From: Podarcis tiliguerta
Lineage: Eukaryota
Assembly (NCBI GenBank): GCA_965153285.1
Contig: OZ229114.1
Direction: 5' to 3' (one strand)
DNA: 64,000 nucleotides
The translations under genes and the position numbers were made by a program. Positions 1 through 12,100 of the stretch are shown here, in pieces. The stretch's first letter is position 1. Every line of letters starts with the position of its first letter. The notes beneath the pieces were generated by a model. It was given only the letters and a program-made list of their open reading frames with translations. It did no database searches and was not told the DNA's origin.

Positions 1-3000
1 AGCCAAAACACTCTTATCTATGTTTTGAATAAAAATCCAGGAGCAGCTGAAATGAGATAGTGAAGTAATGTCTGTAGCTAGACATTCTTTTGTGTCTGTG
101 TTGAAGGGAGGGTGGTAAGGGTACTGAGAAACATGATTATGTCCCAGATTTGCCATAAATTACAACCTCAGGCAGACAGAACTGTTTGTTACTAACCTGG
201 GGTAGCGCATGCATGGTGTTGAAATTCCAGGACTGACATTTCTAGTGTTTGTCTTATCAACTGCTACATTTTAACTTCTCACATACAGAAAAACACAATT
301 ATGTCCCCACCTAAAGGTAAAGCTGGCCCATAAATACTGTAATAAGTATTAACTTGTCAGTGTTTATACACCAGTTGATTAGTTGTTACTGACAACTGTT
401 TAATCTATAACAGACATATTTAGGGTCTATAGAAAATATTAAGCTGAAAATATGCAAACTCACACTACAGGCTAGCTACATGTTTTATTTCAGTTGCAGC
501 AGAAATAGGGTAGACAAAAACCTTGCACTTCCATTTTATGCTCCATTGGAAGCTGTGTGATAGCAGTTAAATGGAGGGGTAAAACTGCACTTTGAAATCA
601 ACTTCAAAAGTTATTTTGTACAAAACAAGAAAAGCTCATAACAGATGGTGGGGTCACTTTGGGTGACTTCTTGAACTGTTAAATTCTGTAAGGTTGGAAG
701 GGTGCCGTTATTGATATTGAAACAATTTATTCTCTGGTAAATTTCCAACAGTTCTTCAGCAAATATATTCTAATGACCTATTTTGCATGCAATGCCAAGT
801 TATGGTTTGTTTAACTAACCTTGGGTTAACCACAAGTTGTTCCACAGATGACCAAACAAAGTATGCCTTGTGTCGTGAAAGCTTGGCTGGTTTTCATAGT
901 ACTGTAGAGTCAATTACTAGAGGCTTGCTGTCACCACTGATTAAGCAAGCCTCCCTTTTTACTGAAAAAATGGTATCACTTTAAGGCTTCTGACAGTTGC
1001 TTGTCAGACCTGCCCCAGACCTGAGCCACATATGGTATGAGGTGCAAGGCTGGTGGTTGTAGTTTGAGGGAAATGGTCTTTCAGGCTAAATTGGGACCTG
1101 GGCCAATGTAAGCCCAAAGTCTGATGGTTCTCCATCCCTGGCCTTTGACTATCAGCCGAGTTGTTCAATGGAAGGCTGATTTTGCTCTGCAATTCAAGTC
1201 TTCTGTCTCTCTCACACACTCTAAAATTTCACTGTTCCTTTTTTCTCTCTCTTCTCAGCTGAAGAGAGATTGTTATGATGGCTGCGTTCATTTATGAAGG
1301 TAAGCTGTGTGTCTAAGAGATGTGCATCAACCACAAGATTTGTTTTTGGACCCTGATTTGAAAGACTGGCCACTTCAGTTCAAAACCCTTCAGGTTCTGT
1401 CTGATTTGACTTGGGGTCCAGATATGAATTGAAGTTCGGAAAAATGAAGCTTCCCACCTCCAGTTCTGTAAATTGTCAGAATCTCTGTTTTCATGCTGGA
1501 GGACCTTTACAAGTAAAACAGGAGGGGGTAGTATTGGCAGAGGAATCCATTTATTATTAATTTAAGAAATTTTCATACCACTTTACATGAATAAAATTCT
1601 TCCAATCCTGTTTCATTGAAAATATTACCGCTAACATTTTTTTTAAAAAATCTCACCCCAGTATGTGTCTGTCCTTTACCAGATGATACTAGCCTATATT
1701 TCATATTTCAAATTAGAGAAATATATGGACCATGATTGTAGAATTATGGTCTGATCAGACAGTTTGGAAATCTTATTTCAGATCGTTACTAGAGCTTTCA
1801 GACTGCTTTAGTGGGCAGAGGTCAAGTTTCACTTTCCATCAGTCTTATCTTCTCAGTGTGCTTTACAGCAGAGTCTTTTTGCACATTAAAGGCTAACAAA
1901 TATATTATACTATAAGCTGCAGCTCCCATAATCAGATGCATAAATGTTATCATGAGTCACAGTTATATAAGCACATGGCTTGTGGGGGAACTGCTTCCCC
2001 TTGGAAATTAGATATGCATGGACCTTACTAAGGTTTTGGCATATGTTAGAAACATAACTCTTCATCCAGGTCTTCCCCAACCACTAGTATTGGTCTGGCA
2101 CATCCCATCATTTATCTGCTGTGGATACTGCAATTTTAAAAGTTTTGAGTTCTATTATTTTATTGATAAATTGCTTTGGATAACTTTTAATATAAAATGG
2201 TAGATAAATATTTTTTATTAAAAAATCTAAACAGTGAAGTCAGAGGTAGATGGAATGTAAGAAGTACAGAGTCAGTGATTAACAGTGGTCATTTGTAAAA
2301 GAGTTGCTTATAACATATCCTGGCATTGAAAAGCCAATTAATGCATGCAGTGTGGTCAGAATTCATTGTCTCAATTTAGTCCAATTAGTGATAACAGTGA
2401 ACCTCTTGATGAGTTGTAATTCAGGAGCTTCCTGTTGTATTCTTCCTTTCAAGTAACTTTGTTCAAGGTGGCTTAAGGTATCTTTCCTGCGTTCTTTTAT
2501 TTATAAATTAAAATGTTCTGATTTCTGAGTAAATGGAACACAATATTTATACTGCTGGCATACAGTAAGAATTCAAAAAGTGGTATTTTTTTGTTTAGTT
2601 GAGAATGAGAGAGGAGAGCACCATCTTGATATTTCTGCACCATCATGTGCAACTTAGAAACTGCTTGCCTCTTGGAAAGTGAGAATTGCTGTAGTAGTCA
2701 TAACAAAGTAAGCTCTTGCTGCACATGCAGTTCTTTCTCACATGCTAGCGTCACTACTTTGAATTTTAGCCAAAGTATAGTGTTTCAAGGAAAGTTATTA
2801 TAAATCTTTGTGCAGTTAGAAAGTTTATTGGGGAAATTAATATATATTATACAGGAGACCATCTTATCAGAGCATCCTTTTGCTATTCTAGATATCCACT
2901 TGTAAATGGAGTGCTTCTGCATTTGACTGCTCATGTCTGGCACCGTCTCAAGTTTCCTCTGAATAGTAACAAAGACTGGAGACTTGGTACTGCAGTAAAA

Positions 3001-6000
3001 GGCATGCTTCCTTAGTCCAGGGAATATATCGTTTTGGTTTCGGTCTTCCTGGGTAAGTATTTTTACCTAATGCATTGGATACTTTTTACCTTTTTACTTT
3101 TTACCTGTTTTAAGAGTTGAACATAATGTGCTCAATAAATCATTCCTGAAAGTTTACACAGGAAAAGAGCAGTATGCTGGGGGAGGGGTGAAGTTACTAC
3201 AGTTTGTCACTTAGAGATTCAGAATTGGAATATGTCATCTTCATCCTAATAATGTGGGCTAAATCAGTTTTTGTAAATAAAAAGTGCTGGGTATGGCACT
3301 ATGTAAAAACCTCTCAAAATAGTTATGCCTTAAATTTTTTATTTTAAATTAAATAAAACATTTGGCAATTTAAGATTTTTCATTGAGGGGAAAGTGAGCA
3401 TAGTAAAAACGCTGCCAGCACACAGTGTGTGTTTAAAAGGAGGTTTGGAAGAAGCAATTGGAAGAAGTATCTTAATTTTAACTGGTTTGGTGGACTTGGC
3501 TAATTTGTGCTTCGAAAATATTAGCACTGACCTAGGTTGAATATTGTTGGCTCATGACACACCAGATGCCTTATAGTTTATTCCAAGACAGTGTGGGTGG
3601 CACTATTAGGCTGGAACTGATATTGTGCTGTTTTACATTATTGACAAGAAATGAGCATTAATAGGAGATGGGTTTAGTGTGCCAGTCACTGAAAATAATC
3701 CTTGATACGTGTAAAATTTGAGTAAATCTTCAATGCATTCTGTTTAGAAGAGCATGCCTTTTCTTATACAAAGCTTGGATATGCAAGTAGGCCTTCTTAA
3801 ATTTAAGCATGATTGAATGATTAAAATATTTTGAATTAAAACAACTTTGCAGTTAATTGTAATTTTGTATCAATTTAAGTTTGATAAATTAGTTTGGACA
3901 TTTGGTCAGTTTAAAAAAAATTGAGTCAAACATTGAGAAGTAGCATTTAAGTATTTTAAAAGTATTAACTTCATCAGAGCAGCGAAAGCCATAGCAACTT
4001 TAGTATTTATGATTATAAAAACAAATAAGACTGCTTGCAAAACAATTAGATTTTTAAAAGTGTGTTTATTTAACAAAATCTGTATATCACTTGATAGAGC
4101 AAAGGACCTCTAAGCAGCTTGCATTAGGCAATCTGAAATATTCATTAAAATACCAATTAAAAATGAACATTAAAAGCAAGTAACATATAAAAATTAAAAA
4201 ATGAAATATAGGACTGAATTCAACTACCCTATTAATGTTAGTGGAAGCCAGTTCAGAGGCTTCAACTAGTACAGTGAGGCTACCTCTCCTGTAAGCTTCC
4301 CCCAAATACACTCTGGAGGGCCGGAATATCTCCCAGAATAGTGTGTGGTGGGAGGAGAGGGGAGATTGTTGCAGCAGGTAACAGAAATGTGCTATGTTGA
4401 CTTCACCCCAAATTAGTCATTTTAAAACTTACTTAAATCAGATGCCTTGGTAGACTTGTTATAACAAAGCAATTTGTGGCAGGCACCAAAAGCAGTATAG
4501 AGAAGGCCTTTTTAGTGACATCCCCCCTGGGCCCCACATATGGGCTCACCTGGCATACACACTGCAATCTTTTTACCACCAGTTGAATATTTTAACTCCC
4601 CCTCCATTTTTATTGATTCTAACAGTAGTAATGGCTTTTAGTGTTTTCAGCGTTAACATATTCTCCCACCTGGTTATTTTATGGGTGTGTTATTATATGA
4701 ATTGTGACTTTCCTTTCTTTATTAATAGTTTTTAAAATTGAAATACAGTACAAACTAAACCATAATATATCAATATGTGGTCTATGCAAACAAGTAAGAG
4801 GGAGGGAGGAATGGCTGTGTTTAGATGTTTAAACAAATAGATCTGTGTAAGGAGTCCATATATTGAGAGAACTTCCCACCTTTCTTGTTACAGGTCACAT
4901 GCTCATGTTCTGCCAATTGAGTCATGTTCACTGTCCACTATGATTAGCACTTAAGGCAGACTTCTTCCAGTGTTAAAGTGTTAAGACATTTGCCCTGGGA
5001 GCTTTTCCTTTATTCCAATTGTTTATACAGGAAAAGGAGGTTTGCAGTGGTTTTTATAACTGAATTCTTTATATTTCAAAATATATCTATCTGTTGTTTG
5101 CTATAAGTCACTTAGAGGCGTCTGTGTAGTTGGTGCATAAATCTTAATTTATTGACTTAAAATTAATATTGTTAAAATCACTAAAAAGTTTAGGATTACT
5201 TCTTTTGTTCATTAGAAATGCATTTACTTTCAGGATAGATTTTTGATCTGCATTTCTAATCAAAATATCAGATAATTTATAAATCACATAATTTATAACA
5301 GATTAATACTCTGGACTTGAAAACTTAAAAACACAGATGAATCGTGTTGCTTCTCAAATAAAATGTTGACTGTCTGATTTTAGGGACTTGAGTAAAATCA
5401 ATAATGGTGGACATTCCTATGAAAGGTAGTAACTGAGGTGGTGGTTGTCTTTAAGAAAATAATAGAGGAACAGTTAAATGAGGTACAGTAGAGTGTGTGA
5501 ATAAGATAATTTATCAGAAGTTTGTGCCAGTAGTCAAGAGCCCTTAAACTTGGATAGTTTCTTATTTTAATTTTGCTATGCTGTAACTTCTGTTGCTAGA
5601 AAGTATTCTATCCTTCCAGGGCTGTTCCTAGGAGGTACAGTGCTCAGGGCATATCACATAGTATGGTATCACCATTGCCTTCCTCTCCTTCTGCCTCTGC
5701 TGCTTCACCTCTCCTTCATGGTGATGGTGGCATGCCCCAGTTTAGCTGCGTCAGCTTTTCTCCTTTTTTGCATATGCTGCTACTTGAGCAGCAGCAAGGT
5801 CCTCCTCCCTCCCAGCCTTACTCTAGGAAGGGAAGAAGTGGAGAGCCTTATCATTCATTCATTCATTCATTCTATTTCATTGCCACTTTTCACTCACATG
5901 AGTCACAAAGCGGCTTACATACAATAAATAGCAACATAGTAGAATATCACAATTACAACATAAATCATATTAAATAATTAACAAATCATCAGTAAAACAG

Positions 6001-9000
6001 CCACCTTCTTTAAAACACTATTAACAAAACAACTTATATTATAAAATTCACCAGGTGCATGAGAGGTGAAAGGATCAGCTAGGCAGCACAGCTGCTGCCT
6101 GTCTCCACGGGCACAAGTCTTGGGTATGGTCACCCCAATTCTCATACAGACAGATCAGGTAGCCCTGCATTGTCTCCTCCATTCTGATGCTACAACCTTT
6201 AGGCATAGATTGTAATTGTACTATTGTCTTTATTATTATTTTTACACACAAATTATTTTTGATGAAGAAGTGTTTTTGTTTTCCCTGCAGGTCATTATTA
6301 TTTACTAACATAATAGAATTTAAATATATATATTAAATTATGCTGTTTGTGTTCTTGTTCTGTGAACTAGTTTCTCAGACAACTGAAAACGGAAAAAAAA
6401 GGCTCTCATCTTTTTAAAGATATAGTGGGTGATTCCTTTGAGTTACTCTGGTCTGTATGCATGCCTTAAACAGTTGCATTTAATCAGATTCCTCCCCCCT
6501 CCCCTTCTGCATCCTTCGTCAAACTATTCATGCCATGCTCATTTCTCTCTCTTTTTTGGTACACTTTCAGGAGTTCTGACGTAGGCTTTAAGACACAAGA
6601 TTGATTTTTCTCTCTTTAGTTTTTTGACCTTTTGCTTTTATTCATTCTTTCAGTGCTTGTTGTTTTTCATGCCTGCTTCTTTATACTTCATGAGGATTTC
6701 TGGAGATAGCTCTGGGAGGTGATAGTGTTTCCATGACTTTCTGTTTCCCTATGGTCTGATGTTACAGGTTAACTGCTGCCTGGCTAAAGCTTCCTTTTTA
6801 TAGCTCACAAGGAACGTCTAGATACTAAGGAACTGTTAGATCTAAATTTTGGGTGAGATTTTATATCAGAATAATGTCTGCATACAATTACTTTCCTCTT
6901 ACAAATCCTATTACAGAAGGTTTGTAGTGAGGCCTGTACCAACTGATTAAATAAATCTTAGATTCAAAGGCAAAGTGGCTGGCAAGTGTGTGTCCTTCGT
7001 TAGGGTAAAATGGAAAATCTATTCATAATAATACCATGTGTGGTGTTGGTTTAACATTCTATAGAAAACATGGCTTTCAGCATTTATTGAAGACATTTGT
7101 GTTCACCAATAAAACTTCTCTTAAACCAGGTGCTTCTGCTTGACATACTGGGATCATGTTATATTGAATTTATGACCTTCTGGTAATTTCATGGCAAAAG
7201 ACTGGTAACCTAAATAAAGAATTGACCTCATATCAGAATAGCGAACAGAGAATCAACAACTAAAGAACTGTTTCCTACAATGGATTACATACCCTTTCTA
7301 AATAGTGAAGTAACAAGGACAAGCATAGAAAGCCTGTGAAAGGTAAACAGATCCAATTTTTAACTACTGCTGCAACTGTCTTCAAGAGAGATACTGTTTA
7401 ATATGATATGTACGCTACACACGCTTAGTCAACAGACTGGTTTGCAGAGTTCCAAGTATGATACATTAGTTATGTTTTGCTAAGACTAAAGAACATTGAA
7501 TATTCTATTGCAATCAGAGCAGAATTGCTGTAAAACTTCAAGTGAGATCTATTATTGTTATTATATTTATATCCTGCCTTTTCCCCATACTGAAACTAAG
7601 AAGGGTCTGTTAAAATAAGGTCAGGAGAAATATATTCTGGTCAGATAGCAATCAATAGAATTAAAATTAGAACGTGTTACCAAATTGCTCTTTGCATTTC
7701 ATTATGCCTTCCTGAGTTTTTTTTATTTTTATCAGAGGAATAATTTCACAGTATGTTAGCCAAATAGCTCATATTTTTAAATCACTTCTCCCCTCCCAAT
7801 CCAACTAGGAAATACAGTATACATTGACTCCTAATTGGATGACAAATCATAAGTTCAGATGGGCATTGGTGTGCTTCATTTATTCAGTCTACTTGTTGAA
7901 GTTGCACATACACAGCCCTGATCAGATAATTGGTGATTGTGCCAAGATAAGTTGGGTTTTGGGGAAGGTATGGTTTGTACTGAAATTGTTTATGTTGCAG
8001 TGTAACTCCCTGTATAAGCTTGCCTCTTGCTGAAACAACATTGTTTTGCTCCCATGTGTGAAAGTAACTGTGCCCTGATTATAGGTAAAACTTTGGTACT
8101 GGGCACCCTTAATGCTCTCCTTTGAAAAGGAAGTCTACCTTTACTTTTCATTAGGGTATTTGCTTTGAATGGGTAAGATGTGAAATGCAGTGATTATTGC
8201 TCTGTGCAATATCTTTGAAAATGATAAGTATCTTTAAGTTTTCAAACGCAGAGGTTTCCTAAAGTTGTGCCTGTTCCTTTATGCCTTTATGTCTTGAATG
8301 GGAGGAAAAGAAATTGTGTTCAGATAATGTGAATCTCCTTGCCCTTGTCTTCTCAAACAATAGGGACTGAACCAAATGTCTGCCAGAACAGATGGAGCTG
8401 GCATGAGTGGAATCTCCCAATAATTATGAATGCATGAGTATACTCCTGCCTCAGGTGGTCTGCAACAAATGAAGAATATAAGCACCACTTATCATTGCCA
8501 GAAAGAACCATTTTCTTATGTTTGTTTTCCTCTTCCCTCATGATTGATTTCAGTTAGATTGTGAGCCTGCAGACAGGGGTTGTTTAATCTTTTAGCCTTT
8601 GTTCATTGCTTAGAAAATGGTAGTCATGTTAGGAACATGCTACTTAACATTTCTAGAGCCACTGAGTTCCATGAGGCAGTGCTCATTGTCTTTGGGTTTT
8701 TTTGAACCAGTGTTATGAATCAATAGCTAACGTTGAGTTTGAATGTGTGAAAACAATTGCCCCTCTGCTCAGCTGCAAAGCTCACTAGGTGGTATAGGGC
8801 AAGTCCCTATATCTTCCTCACCTGCCTCACAGAGATGTGAGGGTAAACTTACTTTCTGTACTCCTTGAGGGAAAACTAGGATTTAAATTAAAAATACACA
8901 ATGCCTTTCTCATTTCTTACAATGTGTCTGTTTCCTTAACAGCATTGTTACTGGCATGCTTACATGGCAAAATTGTTTCCATAGCCATGCTGTTTTCTCT

Positions 9001-9033
9001 GTAGAAATAATACTGATGGTTTTCCTTTTTTAG

Positions 9034-9137
9034 AAAATATTTCCATAATTGCACTACCAGTGTATACCATCAACTCACCATCTAAGAGTTTGCCAAAAAC
9101 ATTTGCACCAATAAATGTGAATGTTGGACCCCAAATG
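9034..9137 (+). CDS. TFDP2: TFDP2 coding exon (104 nt), (E)[34 protein letters not shown]
   Basis: Acceptor ttttttag| and donor |gtaagt. Matches the DP-2 motif [10 protein letters not shown]. The terminal ATG (9135-9137) corresponds to the start of the short DP-2 isoforms. Confidence 0.93.
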
Positions 9138-12100
9138 GTAAGTACTGTTTTTCTTTCACAGCATTGCACCGTAGAAACTCATGCCAGATTTCCTTCCCAA
9201 CTGACAGCGTACCAGTACTCTTTCTTATGAATAATGTTTGGTTTATTTTTGAAAAACAAACAACTAGTTGTAAGCATTAGTTGCTAGTAAAAGTTTAGGA
9301 TTCTGAATAGAGAACATCTTAATTGGTGCTTAATGAAACATTGGTTTCTAGGCATGCCATGTTGAAACACTATTTTGAAAGCGCTGGTATGACTGCTATT
9401 AATAAATGCAGTTCTGCTGATGTTCTGGAATGATACTGAGCTTGTTGTGCAGTCACACTTAGTGGTTAAACTGAGAAACAGTTACACAATATTTCCTGCT
9501 ACTCCCTTGCAATAGTTTCCTTACTTAGTGTAAACAAATGTCCATTGTATGCTTGATTCTTGGCAAAAATCTGGCTTTTAACAAATAAAGTTAATTGGTT
9601 TAGTTCCACTTGTAGAAACAAGAGCAAAGAAATAATACACATGACTTTTTTTATTCCACTGAACACTTCTTTCTGTATAGCACAAAATATTGATCCATGT
9701 CTCCCCTGCAATTACCAGTCTATTACTAGATTAATTTATCTTTTGGTAGTAGAACCAGCATGTCACTAGCAGAATTTTTAGCACCTGTCTCTATAAAACT
9801 GCATTGCGCGGTAGAACTTGCTAATATTTGAAGTTTATTATGCAATAATATGCTAAATGCATCTTATGCTGTCACTTCCACTCTGATATTGTTGGGCAAC
9901 TTACAGGCTACTTTTCTGCAGTTTGATTGTCATACTCCTAAGTTCATAGTCCTTTGTCATTTAACCTAAATCACATTAATGACTAAATATGCTACTATGC
10001 TTAAGCATTTATTTTAAAGAAAAAATGTGGTGCTCATGCATGCTGTCCATAATTCTTAAAGATCTGATTGGGCATCAAATCAAGATTTCCTTTTGTTATC
10101 CAAGAATGCACATCAATTACCTCAATCAGTGAATCATCCTAGCAGATGGAATTGGCAATTTTTTAGACCAGACATTTTTAGCAACTAAAGCCCATAAAAG
10201 TGCAAGTTGCTAGCTTTTACAACGGTTGTGGTGTGACGTGGAGAAAAGATATAAGTTAATATGTACTATGGTTGGCTGTTCAGGTGTGTGCTTCTCTGAC
10301 TGAGGCTCAAAACAGTTTGATGGATTTGGTTAAGAACTTCACTTAACCCAGATCCTGTCTTTGTAGTGAACTGCAAGAGTTGTCCAGCTGCAACTGGCAG
10401 CTAATTTGGAGTTTATAGTTCCTGAATGTGCAGTATGGTGCAGAAAATAATTATATCCTGCTTTTTTAATACTTGTCACCTTAGCCCTGAGTTTACGGTG
10501 ATATTTAGGTTACCAAAACTAATAAAGGCATTCCTGTATGGTAAATTGCAGGAAAGTTGAAATTATTTTTAATTTATATACAGATCAATGCCAAAATAGG
10601 CTTCTAAGTTGTTTACATGTAACCACACAGCATTAAAATAAAAACATCCATAATTAAAATACATAATGATCCCATTAAAACAGAAGGCCTGGGTCAAAAT
10701 AGCAAGGAAATGCCGCTGTAAACAGGTGCAGTTTCAAAATATACAGGATGTCAATACAGATGGGGTGTCTTGGTGTTTAGCAAGGTGTGTGTTCAGTAAC
10801 ACTAATACCACCATTGTAAAAGACCACCACCTCAAGCCAATAATCATTAGGCCATGTCAGAACTGAATAGGTTTGGTTTGTTAATTGTTGTTCCCTTACT
10901 GGGCAGCGGAGGGGAAGTAGGTTTTTCATGTTACATATTCAAAGTTTCTAATTCTGCTGAAAGATACATCTTGTTTTCAGCATATAATTTTATACTAGTG
11001 ACCTTGAATGCCAGTTTTAAAACCTAAAATGTTACGCGATAATAGGAAACTTTGAAGGTAGCTGCAGCTATCTTGTCTTTGAATAATACATATTCAACTG
11101 AAAATTTAGTGGCATTAAACTATGAACTCTGGTACAGTATCAAAAGACTGCTATTTCTGGAGAGGAGGGAGAGGGTCTCATCCCTTCAGATATGCTGGGC
11201 TTCTGAAGCACCTTGCATTAGTCAGCATCATTGGAAGACCCTGTGTTCTAGTCTTATGTGATAAGGAGAAAAACCAATCCACTTTCTGCACACCATGCAT
11301 AATCTTACACATCTCCAATATGTCACCCCTCACTTGCCATGTTTTTAACTAAAAGGGCCCAGACATTATAGCAATTCTTGATAGGGGTCTAGCTTCAGCC
11401 CTTGATCATCTTAGTTGCCCATTTCTAGTTCTACAAGGTTGAGGCATGTCACCCAGAAGTGTACACAGTATTTCAAGTGGTATGACAGCATAGATTAATA
11501 TGAAAGCATATGACATTGATAGACTTATTTTCAGTCATTTTCCTAGTGATCTGTAACATTGAATTTGCCTTTTCACAGATGCCACACACTGGGCTGCCAC
11601 ATTAACTGATCTATCTACCACTAACGCAACATGAGACACTCAGTGCCATGTAATGGATAGCCCCCACACCGCTGCTGGATTTCCATCTTCACAACTGTTT
11701 TTTGTTTGCTTGGGAAACTGAAAGCCAAGACTACATTTTTTGTTGATGAGATACTCCCCTGCCCCACTAGCTAGGTCTGCCCTATCTGATGCATCAGTGT
11801 AGGACTGTAGGTTAGTTTCTATCTACTTTCCTAACTTGGAATTAGTCTAAGACCCAGACTTCCATCCTCTGCTTCTGTTACCCTCTCCCCATTTTGTAAG
11901 CATAAAAACTCAAGATGTCCTTGTTGGGCTGTTTTGGTATATATTTTGCATTTGAGGAATCCTATTAGTATGAAAAAGCTGCTGCTTTTTTGATGACTGT
12001 TCTGTTCAAGGAAACTGGTGCAGGGACAGGGGAGAGACCTGCAACATAATGTGTACATCTTTGTGACTCCTCTGCCTCTCTTTTATCTCAGTCATTCACC

